The notes under the pieces are model-generated. The model saw only the letters and a list, made by a program, of their open reading frames with translations, made no database searches and was not told the origin of the DNA. The position numbers and the translations under genes are program-made. From IMG/VR virus record IMGVR_UViG_3300031216_000012, positions 1,845 through 65,844 of that record: DNA of 64,000 bases; one strand, given 5' to 3'. Source of the stretch: a virus. Taxonomy: Duplodnaviria > Caudoviricetes. Of this stretch, positions 18,668 to 31,000 are shown in pieces (position 1 is the first letter of the stretch; each line of letters starts with the position of its first letter).

Positions 18668-20496
18668 GTACGCCTCCAATTCTTGATCCTGCAGGGCTAG
18701 TAAACGAAGGGTGGAACACGTTTTCGTCCAAGGCTCTCCTGGCGTTTGACCAAGGGTTGCAATTTGCCAATTCTCTTGGCACGTTCAATATCAACCCGGT
18801 CAATTACGACGCAACGTTCATTCCTCCGTCGGGCAACGGGCTGGTGTTCAATCGCCCGCTACGTCCTGACGAGCCCCAGTTTGACTATTCGATCTCGCTC
18901 CCTGATCCTCTGCAGTTGGAAATTCCGCGGGTTCCAGGGTTTCCAAGCGCGCCTGAGTTTGAATCAGAACCCCCGGTTCTCGATTTCAGCGGCATGCCTA
19001 AGGTTCCTGATTTTGGATCGCCTCCTGCGGCGCCAGAGCTGGACCAGGTAGACATCCCGGACGCGCCTACCCTGGTAATGCCGGATGTACCGCCGCTGAC
19101 AGCGTTGAACCTCCCCCAGCCCCCAGAACTTCTTGATATTGAGTTCGAAGGCATCCGACCCCGCTTTGATGGGGTAGTGCCCGACGCGGCGATCGACTTC
19201 GTTGAAGAGGACTACCAGAGCGAGTGCTTGGACCGGATCAAGGTTGAAATCAAACGCATGCTCGATACCGGCACCGGCATGCCGGCTGCGCTCGAGCAGA
19301 TGCTGGTTGACCGGCTTTCGCAGCGCGAAGATCGTGAGTCCACCCGCGCCGTGCAGGAAGCGATGGAGGAGGCGTCAAGCCGCGGCTTCAGTTCACCTCC
19401 GGGGCGTACGATGCGTCGTGTGCAGCAGGCTCGCCAACGGAATCAAGAGCTGAAGTCTTCCCGTCACCGCGAAGTTTTTGTTCAGCGCCGGCAGGAAGAG
19501 ATCCAGAATTTCCAGTTTGCTATTGCTCAGGGCATCGGCCTCGAAAACATCCTGATTAACCTGCACCTGAACGTGATGCAGAGGGCATTTGATCTGTCAC
19601 GCGCTGTAGCGGATTTGAAATTCCGGCAGCTCGAAGCCGAAGTCACGATCTATAACGCCGCTCTCCAAGGCTACCAGGTCGACGCTCAAGTTTACGAGGC
19701 CCGCCTCCGAGCTGAGCTGCAGAAGCTTGAGCGGTTCCGCCTGCAGATCCAGGCGGAGGCACTCAAGCAGGAGATCGATCGTAACAAGGTGGCCATTTAC
19801 ACGGCACAGCTCGAAGCGGTGCGGAACGTGGTGGACATTTATCGGGCTCAGGTAGAAGCCGCACGCGCTGTTGCCGAGAAGAACAACGCCGAGATCCGGG
19901 CCTACATTGGCCAGATCGAAGGGTATCGCGCTGAGATTGACGCCTCTCGCACCGAGTTCGAGCTGTGGAACGCGAAGATCCGAGGTGAGCTGGGCAAGGT
20001 TCAGGCATACGAAGCAGAGACCCGAGGTTTCCTTGCTCGCGTGCAGGCGTACGACACTGAAGTGCGGGCGGCGACCGTCCAACCTCGTTTGGAGATCGAC
20101 ATTGAATCGCTTCGATTGCAGGAGTTCACTTCTCGGCTCGACACGGTGCGGACTCAGATCCAGAACGAAGGACAGCGGGCGACCGCGCTGGCGTCGGTCT
20201 ACGGCTCCCAAGCGCAGATGTATGCGGCCGACGGGCAGCTGGCGGAGAATGAAACAGCAGCACGCGACCGAAACTTCCGCTCGGCGCTCGAATCACGACG
20301 TACCGAGTCTGAACGGGCACTGGCCCAGGCACAGCTTGATATTGAACAGGTGCTTCGGGGAGCGAACATTCTCTCCAGCGCACTGGATTCGGCCGGTCGC
20401 ATATCTTCCCAGCTTAGCGCCGGAGCAATGAGTGCGGTATCATTGAGCGCAGGTATCAATGGTTCGGTTGGCACCAGCTACAACTACCGCTTCTAA
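18664..20496 (+). CDS. Putative internal virion (ejection) protein
   Basis: Pro-rich N-terminus, long helical coiled coil and SRGFSSPPG; first of three large genes after the tail genes. Confidence 0.6.
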   Translation: MSTPPILDPAGLVNEGWNTFSSKALLAFDQGLQFANSLGTFNINPVNYDATFIPPSGNGLVFNRPLRPDEPQFDYSISLPDPLQLEIPRVPGFPSAPEFESEPPVLDFSGMPKVPDFGSPPAAPELDQVDIPDAPTLVMPDVPPLTALNLPQPPELLDIEFEGIRPRFDGVVPDAAIDFVEEDYQSECLDRIKVEIKRMLDTGTGMPAALEQMLVDRLSQREDRESTRAVQEAMEEASSRGFSSPPGRTMRRVQQARQRNQELKSSRHREVFVQRRQEEIQNFQFAIAQGIGLENILINLHLNVMQRAFDLSRAVADLKFRQLEAEVTIYNAALQGYQVDAQVYEARLRAELQKLERFRLQIQAEALKQEIDRNKVAIYTAQLEAVRNVVDIYRAQVEAARAVAEKNNAEIRAYIGQIEGYRAEIDASRTEFELWNAKIRGELGKVQAYEAETRGFLARVQAYDTEVRAATVQPRLEIDIESLRLQEFTSRLDTVRTQIQNEGQRATALASVYGSQAQMYAADGQLAENETAARDRNFRSALESRRTESERALAQAQLDIEQVLRGANILSSALDSAGRISSQLSAGAMSAVSLSAGINGSVGTSYNYRF

Positions 20497-20507
20497 AGGA
20501 TACGATT

Positions 20508-22064
20508 ATGGCAACAGACAACCGATCAAAAGGGCAAGTTTCTCAGGCAGTAGAGCGCGGCGAAGAGGAAGGAATAAGTTCTTTCCGGCGCCGGTTTGGC
20601 GGAGGAGCAGCTGTAGATACTGGCCAAGCGGCGCAGGTGTTTAACGACGACAACACCGAGCAGCCTCGTTTGGCAGATCGCATGGCGTCAAACTACTACC
20701 CTCCAAACTTCGAAATGGACGGCCGGCAAGACAGACAAGCCCCTCGCGGGCTGCGGGCCGCGCAGCCTGTTATCGGCGCTACTGAGATGAGAGAGCAGGA
20801 ACGACGTGCTGGCATCGATGCCAGCATTGCCGGGTCGCGAGCACGGCGCGATGCCGGACCCCGCATGAGCCGAGGGTACACCGGTAGTCAGCAGCAGACC
20901 CTGGCGGGTGCTCCGAACGCTCAAGACTTTCTTTCTAAGCGCTTACAGAACCGGATGGCTGCTCGGACGCCTGACCCGCGAATGACCGACGCCCGCGATG
21001 CGCAGATGCGCCAAGACGAGTCCTTGCGAATGCAGAAGACGGCCCGCGAAGGCCTCGCTGCCGAGGAGCGGATGGGGCTGCGCCAGATGGGATCGAACGA
21101 GCGGATCGCTGATGTGGATGCGGAGTCGCGACGTGAAGTGGCTGAGATTCGTAATGCAGGCCAAGGCGGTCCGAGAGGAGGGCGTGGCGGGGGAGACGGC
21201 CAAGGAAACAGCCAAGGAAACAGCGGCTGGTATACGTCGGGTGAAGAAGGTTCCCAAGTCAACTGGGAAGGTCTTAGAAACAGTCCTGAACTGGCGCAGG
21301 AATCAGGCACGTTTATTGCCGGCCGTACGGCCGCAGCGCTCACTGCCTCGAACATGTTCGACCCAGAGACTATCAATGAAGGGCAGATTGGACAGCTTGC
21401 AGGCAGCTGGATTCAGAACTCGGCCCGAGAAGAGTTTCCTGGTAGGCCCAGCACTCCCGAAGGGCTGGAACGCTTGTTTGTCGGAGCGCAGGTACTCGCT
21501 CGGATGGGCGGAGAAGACTTTACTCCTGCGAGTTCTGCGAAAGGATCAGTAGAACAGTTTCTCGACATGGCGCCGTCCGAAAATAATAGGTGGTTTAGAT
21601 CAGGCACTACTGCTCGTGCGGGAGGGGCAGAATTTGATCTTAGTGACCTGCAAGGTCCAGCTCGTACCGCATTCAATGAGCTGCGCGATGTCAGCAAAGA
21701 AGCGGCAATAGCTATGCACGCTACTGATCCGAAGAGGGCTTTGAAGGCACTGAGTGCTATAACCGAACTGGAAGTAGCAGAAGCAGAAGCAGCTTTCGAA
21801 GAGACTTCAGGGATGGGCACGCAGACCGCTCGGCTTCTTTTTTCGGCGATTGCAGCTGGGGAAATTGACGGCCGCCTGGCACCCGGCGTGCGAGAGTCAG
21901 CACAAAGAGTGCTGGATCTTCAAAACCAAGTTTCAGCTCTTGAAGATGGAGATTGGCGGGCTTTTGATCAGGCAAGAACCCAAGGCGCGGATGAAGACCT
22001 CCAGGCTCAGGCCAGCGCTGCCGGCGAACTCGGAAATTCTAGGGAGCGCCGCGGCGCACCGTAA
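20508..22064 (+). CDS. Putative internal virion (ejection) protein
   Basis: 518 aa, Ala/Gln/Arg/Gly-rich and helical; position before the giant gene. Confidence 0.55.
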   Translation: MATDNRSKGQVSQAVERGEEEGISSFRRRFGGGAAVDTGQAAQVFNDDNTEQPRLADRMASNYYPPNFEMDGRQDRQAPRGLRAAQPVIGATEMREQERRAGIDASIAGSRARRDAGPRMSRGYTGSQQQTLAGAPNAQDFLSKRLQNRMAARTPDPRMTDARDAQMRQDESLRMQKTAREGLAAEERMGLRQMGSNERIADVDAESRREVAEIRNAGQGGPRGGRGGGDGQGNSQGNSGWYTSGEEGSQVNWEGLRNSPELAQESGTFIAGRTAAALTASNMFDPETINEGQIGQLAGSWIQNSAREEFPGRPSTPEGLERLFVGAQVLARMGGEDFTPASSAKGSVEQFLDMAPSENNRWFRSGTTARAGGAEFDLSDLQGPARTAFNELRDVSKEAAIAMHATDPKRALKALSAITELEVAEAEAAFEETSGMGTQTARLLFSAIAAGEIDGRLAPGVRESAQRVLDLQNQVSALEDGDWRAFDQARTQGADEDLQAQASAAGELGNSRERRGAP

Positions 22065-22096
22065 TCAACCGGGCGGGAAGACTGGTAAGGAACACT

Positions 22097-25000
22097 ATGG
22101 CAACTGATGACCGCAAGGCGGACAGCGAAAGCATAAACCGATCGCTTCGATCGTTCAATATCGACGCGCCTGCAATTCCAGACGGCGGATATACCGATGC
22201 ACAGTTCGATGCTCTTGACAAGGTCCATGTCGAAGCAAACCGTCGCAGAAACGAAGGCGGCTCTTATGTGCAGCAACGCCAAGCAGAACGAGACGAAGTA
22301 GCTCGGGCGCAACAAGAAGCGGAGCAGTCCTTGTTGCGTAACCTGCTGGACACGGCGAGACAACCCCAAGAAACGGCCCAAACAAACCCCGCAGAGTTCG
22401 CCAATTTCGACGCTCAGGTCGACAGCGATCGCCTCGATGATATGGCCTACCGCGACCGCACCAGCCAGTTCGGCAAAGGGCTGCGCTCAGCTGGTCAGCA
22501 GCTTCTGGCGACGGGTCCAGGCGTTGAGGCTATCGCTCGAGGGTGGGCAGGCGACGAAGAGGGTGCTACGGCCGCAGCACGACGTGCTGGAGATCGCCTG
22601 AACCGCGCCGCAGAGCTCGGCCCGCAGCAGAGCTTGTCAGGTGTTATGGACGGCGACGATGAGTTCGGCGACTGGGTAGCAGGCGCCCTGGGGCAGCAGG
22701 CGCCGATTCTGGCGACATTCATCGGCACCGGTGTCGTCGGTGGACTTGCCGGCCGCGTTACTCAGAAAAGCATCGAGCGGGGCGTACTCCGAACAGTGAC
22801 TGAGCAGCGTGGAGCTGCGGTTGCTGCACGCAACGTGCAGCAGGAAGCGCTGCGTCGAGCAAGCCAAGCCTATGTGTCTACTCAGAGCCGGCGGTCCGGG
22901 GGGCAAGCAGCGCGAGCTGTATCACGCCGTGATACAGCAGACAACGCCGTTCGACAGATCCAGCAAGAAGGTCAAGAGTGGATTCGTCGCACGGCGGCAC
23001 AAGGCCCGAGGCGCGAGACGGTCTACAGCACGGTGGCGGCAGGGGCAACAGGAGTGCCGCTGTACAGCGCTGACACCAGCCAGTTCCTCATTGATCCTGA
23101 TGCTGAAGGGTCGATCCGGTACAAAGCCGCGGTGGCGCTCACGGGCGCGACGATCGCCTCCCTCGCCTCGATCGCTCCGACCGTCGCCGTGCTACGGAGA
23201 TTAGGGCTGGGCACGCAGGCCGCTCACATGCAGCAGCTGGCTGCGCAGAGCGCGTTCCGTCGTCTGCCGGCCGAGGGCGGCAAGCAGGCGCTCCTCGAAG
23301 GCTCAGCTGAAGTTGCGGCGGAAGTCGGTAAGACGTGGACGCACAGCTGGATCAATGACAACATCGACGTGTTTGGCGCTGAGCAGATGGCGGGCTACAT
23401 CGAATCGGCCGCAGTCGGCGCGATGCTCGGCGGCGGGCTGGGTACGGCAACGTCGGTACGCCCAGGCGACTTCAAGGAGCTGGGCAGCTTCATGATGCGC
23501 TTCCGCGAGCCTGGGCCGACTGAGATGGCGACGATGGAGCGCCGGGGCGATGCGGAGACCGCTCACAGCCGGAAGAAGAATGCACCGGAGAATGCTCGGG
23601 CGCAGGAGCAGTACGACTCGCTCGACGACGACATCCGTGCGCAGATGAGCTTCCCTGAGTTTTTGAACAGCCTGAGAACGGACCAGGGCCGCACGATTGC
23701 CCTCGGCCGACTGGTCGAAGGGATGGACAGCACCGAGGCCGGCACGTACCTTCGGCTGCTGATCGACCCCGACGCAGAGAACATTGCAGCAACCGGCGTG
23801 GATATGCCGGGGGGCGCACAGTCGATGGGCGATACCGCGTATCAGCGTCTCGCCCAGTCAGTAGGCGAAGAGAACATGGCGGTGCTGCTCGAAGCTGGCC
23901 GGCAGCAAATGACAGCTTCAACCGTCACGATGCTCCGCGAAGATTTGAAAATGCTCAACACGATGGAGCTGACACCTGAGCAGGCACGAGCAACGAATAC
24001 TAGAATACAGAATGCCCGCGATCTGCTGGCACGCCTCGAGCAGCAGGCAGCAGACGCTGGCATGCCCGAGTCTCCGATGGCGTCGCAGATCGACGAGCTG
24101 ATCCCCGGCCTGTACCGCGACGCTTCCGATACGTCTGAGACGACAACTCCACGAGGTGTGGAGGATGAGTCGACGCAGGATACCCAGGCGGTGCAGGAAG
24201 GCATCGAGCGGGCTGACGCTGGCCGGGAACAGAACGACTTCCTTGCCGGTACGCAGGAAGCTGAGACGAACCTGACACTGCCGTTCGCTGAGAACGATCG
24301 AGCCGCAGGGGTGGATGCACGGACTGCGACAAAGGCGGGCCGCCAGCGCTTGGGTACGGTCGGCGCAGTGTGGGCCAAAGGCGGCGACGCTGCCAAGAAC
24401 GCTCAGAGTATCAACAAGGATGCAGGCGGCGATCCGGCGAACCCCCCAGCGCGGGTTGAGACGCTCGACCGTGCGATGGATCTGGCCGAGCTGTCGGCTG
24501 AGGATAAAATTGCTGCCGCCCGCGAACTGTGGGACGGCAAGAACAAGTTTCAAAGAGGGCAGCTGCAGGAGCAGACCGGCAGAGAGGCTGAAACTTCGAA
24601 AGAGGCGATCCAGTCGGTCGAAGAAGCTAACATCATGCTCGGGCAGTTTGAAACCGTTGTTTCAGAGCGCCTGCCTGACGGGCTCTCAGGCCGCGAGCAG
24701 CGCTCGTTCTCTGCGCGGGAAGTGGACAGCTTTGTCATCCCCGAAGGCAAACGTCTCGACAACGTGGGGGTGGCTGAGGCGACTACTCCGAAAGAAACAG
24801 AAGAGAGCGTTGTTGCGCGGGAGGCAGCATCACAAGAAGGTCGGCCTGAACCCAAACCAGTGATGAAAGACGCCCCAGTCCGTGTCAACCTGATCAGTGC
24901 TGTCCAGCGCATGATTGGCCGACTCGATGACATGGAGCGGACGGGGCCGAAAGGAGACAAGAGCAAAACCAAGGGTGCAGCGGAGACCAGCGAGACGACC

Positions 25001-28000
25001 GACAACACTGGCAACATCTCCATGAGCAACATTGCCCGTGCGCTGAACCAGGCAGTGGCCGACCTGCGCGAGAAGGGCATCAACATCGACGTTGACTCAC
25101 TGCCTGCCGACACAGTCGTCTTCAAGCGGGCAGGCAGGGAAGCCGTCACTGCCGGTGAAGTGCTGACTCGGGATAAAGGCCGCAGAGAGACAGCTCAAAA
25201 GACAGCGGCAGCATCGATTCGTGATCTGGAGACACAGAAAGCTGGCATCGAAGCGGCGCTGAAGGAGGGCGGGAATAAAGAACGTGTTGCCAAGCTGCGT
25301 GCGGATCTGAAGCGGAATGAACGAGCGTTTGCTGCGAAGCGGAAAGAGCGGCAAAAGGTGGTCAATGAGCTGAACGCCCGAGCACGTCAGTTGGAGTCTG
25401 AACTTGACAGGGTTGAGCGGGCGCTTGAAACAGACAGTAAGGGAGAGTTGATAGGAGAAATCAGCAAGGGCATTAAAGCTTTCCGAGGTACTTCGGACAG
25501 AGACCTCTCTACTCAAGAGCTTTCGGTAAAGAACGCGCTACGCATTGCAATGGACATCCTCACTGCACCAACTGTAGAGAGATCGAAGTCCGCTCTCATG
25601 CGTGCCCGAAAACGGATTAGTGACGCGGAAGCCAAGATTGCTGCGCATGACCTGTTGGGTGCGCTTGATCGACTGACGTTGAAAGCCAGATTTTACAACG
25701 GCGGTATGCGTCGCAAAGCTGTCATGCGTGAGTTCGTAGCCAATGAACTGAAGGGATTGAATGAAATTTCTTTCAACGATCCGTTTGCCGTAGAGACCGC
25801 AGCGTTTGGCGACCAGGTTGCCAGCAGCTCGGAGGTATTGTCTTCGGCAGAAGCAAATACGCTGCAGGTAGAAAACAGGATTGACCAGTTGAGAGAATTG
25901 ACTGATGCGCTTGACGGACGTATAGAAGCGGCTGAAACTCCAGAAGTGCGCGCAGAGCAAGAGCGGCTCAAAGAAGAACTTATGGAAGAGCTTGACTTGC
26001 TGGTCAGCCTGACTGACGATAAAGCCAAGTACGAGCTTGAGTCCCGAGAAGCGTCGCAGTTTGAAGGTCCAACTAAACGATCAGGTAAAGGCAGTAAAGG
26101 TAACGCAGCAGAAAAACCTTCAGCCAAAAACACCGACCTGGACGCCTTGGTTAAAAGCGGGAAAGCCATACTAAAAGATGACACGTACTACGTTACAGAC
26201 GCTGAGGCCACACCTTACGTTGCTGGATCTACAAGCGACGGAAAGATTTATGTAAACATAGCGCTTTCAAAAAGCCAGCCACTGGAAATCTATATTCAGA
26301 ACAGCGACCAGAAAGTAGAGATGCTGCGTCGGCTAGGCGTGTCGGCCGCGCAGTTTGCTTCTCTGTTTAAAAGCCAAAGAGAAGTAAACGCTTTTCTGAG
26401 AGATCACGAAAGGAGTCACCTCCAGAACCGTGATAGAGAAGTGTACCCTCGAAAAGAAGATGGGTCGTTTGACTTAATGCACCCCGATGCTGTTGCAATT
26501 GAGGCGCGCGCTACGATTGACGGTCTTACGGCAGCACAAAAACAACAGCTCGAAAAAATGCAGGCTCCGTCTGCTAAAAAACAACGCGCCCAAGTCAAAG
26601 CTCTCGAAGCTGTAGCCTCCCGGATGAGCAACGAGACATCGACAGAACAACGCCAAGCCGAGGCGAAGTTCGCTGACGGAGTCATCAAAGGGCTTAAGCT
26701 GGCGCAGGTGACGATGGGTAGCGTGCTATCTAACGCCGAAGCCGCTGAGCGGGTCCAAGGCAAGAATATCGATCTGAACGCACACGATGGCCTATCGTTC
26801 ACCACGATGAACCGCGACACTGGCGAGATCACGGTAGACATCTGGGTCAACGAGTCGATTACCGACCCGGCAGAGCGCATGGGCGTGCTGAACCACGAGA
26901 TTGGTCATGCGGTCGTGACAAGCTCAGCGTTCAAACTGAGCACGGAGGACGCTCGCAGTCTGGTCGGCGCCTACAACAAGTGGCGCAAGGAGAACAAAGA
27001 GGGCAGCGTCGGCGCGACGATCAAGAGTAAGCGCAGCCTGCTCAACATGCTCGATGCGCGAGTCAACGATCCACGGCAGCTCAAGGATCTGAGCCAGGTC
27101 GAACGCGACAACCTGCTCGATTTCCAAGAGTGGTTCGCGGACAACGTGGGCCGCTGGATCGAGACGAACAAACGCCCGCGTGGCGTGATCGAGAAGTTCT
27201 TCTCATCGATCGCCCAGGCGCTGCGTATCTTGATGCGTACCAACCGTGATGCGGGTCTGCCTGACAGCACGGTGGCGAGTGTCCTGAACAACATGTGGGA
27301 CAGCAAGCAGCCCAACGGTCATGTGCGGAAGTTCAGCTTGTGGAAGCGGCTGGAGCAGCACACTGAGCTTAGCAAGATAAAAGTTGAAGGGGCCACAGCC
27401 AAGCCGCTGCGAGTAGAACTACCTAAAAAAACGCGGTTTGCGGCGAAGGATCAGAGAAAAGCAGACCTTGCTCTTACTTGGGCGCGTGACGGTGGGGGAA
27501 GAAACCTTTTCATTGGTAGAGGGTCAGCAAGTTCTTCAACCAATGCGTACGCCAAAGCCTACGGAAAAAACGCCAATGTAGGCCGTTACAAAGACGGGGA
27601 TGCTGTTTTTGTTTCGGCAGAAGGCAATCGAGGGGGGCGCATCGGGCCTGACTTCAAGGAGCTCAAAGCAGCCGCTGACGCTGGCGTTGTTTTTATTACA
27701 GATAACAAAGCGAACCGAAACCGCCCTTACAATAAAGGGGAGCGAGAAGTCGCAGATTTCTTATTGGAAAATGGGTACAAAGAGGGAGTACAAGAAGGCG
27801 TATGGCACAAAGAAGGAAAGCCAAGAAATAAAAAGCCTTCTTTCAGCGAGGTCTACGAAGAGATCCGTGCGCAGTACAAGGGCGAGATCGATCCGAAGCG
27901 CGCGCTGACCGGAGCGGTAGAGGCCGCAGTCTCACCGAGCAGCATCGAGGCGTTTTGGGGGGTGCGTGACTACATCATCGGAAAGATGTCGAGCAAAGAG

Positions 28001-31000
28001 CGGATGACGATCGGCCGTGCGCTAACCTCATCGAAGGTCCAGCGTCAGATGAACCAGGCACGGGCGCATGCTGCGAAGAAAGGGCAGTTCTATCCGAGCG
28101 ACCCGCACAGTGAAATGGCACTGGCTTACATCCTGCACAGCCAGGGTAAGCTGGATCTGACACCAGCGCAGGCGGCACCACTGCGTGCAGCGACGCGCTG
28201 GTTCCACGAGATCACCGGTAAGGTCCACCAGAGCGACCAGGCGGTCGAAGTGCTCAACGCAATCCAACAAGACTTGTTTGGCGCACGGACCAACGAGGTG
28301 CAGGCCCAGGCGAAGAAGGGCAGCAAGTTGGCGAACGCCGAATACGTGCTGGAGTCGGCCCAGCTGCAGAAGCTCGCCCAGCTCGAGGCGCTAGGTCGGC
28401 TGGACGACACCAACTCGCCTGAGCGGATCGACCAGATGGTCGACGCTCTGCCGAACCACCTGTTCCCGCAGCGGATGAAAGATGCGCTGAAGGACGACAT
28501 CAAGGCTGGGGTCTTTACCAAGAAGTTCCTGGACCAGTTCAAGAACGAGAGTGATTTCGTGCTCAACCCGGACAAGCAGTTCGCCGTCACGGAGTTCGTA
28601 GGTACGGCGCCGCTGCAGAACTCCGCCAGAGCGGTGTACAACAATCTGGCCGGCGCGAAGCAGTACCTGCGTAACAGTCTGCTTGGCCGAGGCGTGCTGG
28701 GGCAGGCGATGCGCAGCCGCGGTTCACGGAGCGCGGCGGTGCAGTCGTTCCAGCAGGCGCTCTACACGGACGTGCTGCAGGAGGGCGGAGCAGAAGGCTT
28801 CGTCAATGCCAAAGACCGCGCCTCGGGCGCACGGCAGTCGGAGTGGGAGTCGATTTACGACACCCTGACTGTTGAGCAGCAGAAAGCGTTCCGCGAAGCG
28901 TTCCTCGGCCGCGAGACGCCAACAGACCCTGCCGTCAAAGCAGCGATCGCCCGGACCAACCGCTTCATGCGCAGCATGCACAAGTACGGACAGGAAGTGG
29001 GCCTGCTCAAGCGGACCCGCTTCGATGAGAACTACCGGCCGTGGAGCTTCGACGCCGGCAAGGTCGATCGGCATGCCAACAAGCTGCTCGAAGCCTGGAC
29101 GCACAAGCGCTACCGAAAAGAGTGGTGGAACGTGTACGCCGACCACTACCCGGAGCGTGTGGGCGACGCCAAGGACTTCGCCTCGGACACGGAGTTCGAG
29201 ACCTACGTGCAGGCGTACATCGCCAGCATCGCGCTGGAGAACGGCTTTGTGGACGCTGCGCGGCCCGATCAGGATGAGATCGGTACGCGCCCCTACGTCG
29301 CCAACCTGAACCGCAGAGAGCTGGCGTTCCTAGACAACGAGAAGCTCGCACCGCCTGCTGACCGCAAGCTGCTTGCCTCCCTGTTCGATGACTCGATCAA
29401 CACGACGATGGCGAAGTACATCGGCAGCATGGTGAAGCGGGTCGAGTACGTGCGGAAGTTCGGTGCCAACGACGAGAAGTATCTACAGCTGCGTGCCCAG
29501 GCCAAGGAGCAGGGCGCGACGCGGGAAGACCTCGCACTGATGGACGATATGATCCGCTCGGCAACAGGCCGGATCGGTCTCGAGGTGGCACCATTTTGGA
29601 AGAAGGTCGCCAGTCCGTTCAACTCGATGCTCCAGCCGATCCGCAACGACGACGGTACACCGTTTGCGACGAAAGAGGACGCGATGCGGGTGCAGAAAGC
29701 CGAAGGTGTTCAGGGCACGGTCGAGAAAGTCGAAGGTGGCTTCGAGATCAAGCGTGATATTACCGCGGACCCACGCCGATTTAGACAGAATATGAGTTGG
29801 CTGGTGGTGTATCAGAATTGGAGGATTTTGGCCTTGGCTGCGCTGACGAACGTGGCAGACTTGGCAGGCATCGCGTTTCGAACGGGCGACCTGCCCGTGG
29901 CATTTGGAGCGTACAAGGAAGGCGTGGGGAGGGTGTTCAAAGATGTGCGCGACAGGAAGCAGAGCCCGGAGACGCGCAAGGCGAACATGGACAGCGCAGA
30001 GCGCTTGGCAGTGGAGCTGGGGGCCGTAGCGCACGCGACGGTGTCGGAGCACCTGGGGCTGCAGTACGGCTCGGTGCACATGACCGGCAAGGCGAAGCGC
30101 TGGAACGACATCCTGTTCAAGTACAACGGAATGGAGTACCTGACGCGCGCGACGCGGATCATGGCAGTCTCAGCCGGCCGAGAGTTCTTGGCCAAGCAGG
30201 CCGCAGGCGCGGCGCGGGGCGACGCTGCGAGCATCGAAGCGCTGACCGAGCTGGGCCTGGACCCCGCCGACCTGCGCCTGACCGAAGAGGGCGGGCTCGA
30301 CCTGCTGACGGGAGATGAGGTAAGAACGGCGCTGGAGGGGACGGAGTTCGGTTCGGCGCAGGGTGCATCCGCTGCCCAGGCAGAGGGGCAAGACGTAGGT
30401 GTCGCGGCGGCTGAGGTGGCTCGAGACGAGCGGGTGAGACGGGCATTGGCCCGTATGGTGGATGAGAGCGTGCTGCGGCCGGCGAGCTGGCAGCGAGCGA
30501 CGTGGATGAACGATCCGAACTGGCAGCTGTTCAGTCACCTAAAAGGGTTCATGTACACCTACCACGAGCGGGTGCTGCGTCGGATCATTGGGAAGGGGGT
30601 CTCAGGGAATCTGGGGCCGCTGGTGATGGCTGCAGGGTACGTGGGCACGATGATGGCCGCAGACCTGCTGCGAGAGATGATCCAGCACGGGCCAGAGGGG
30701 GACGACCGGAAGGAGCGCTGGGGCGTCAAGGAGCGGGTCGCAGACGGTATCCACCGCTCAGGGCTGTTGGGGATGTACACCGTGGTCCCTGACATGATGA
30801 AGACGCACGAGTTTGGTCGGTCTCAAATCGCTCAGGTAGGCGGGCCATTTACGAGCCAGCTTGAACAGCTGTACCGGGGGATGTTTGGCGCGGGCGATCC
30901 GTCTACGGCGCTCAAACGAGCGCTGCCCGGAAATCAGATTTACACAGATCCGTTTGTCAGTTGGGGTTCGTGGATCGTCGATCCTCGCGCTGCTGACCCG

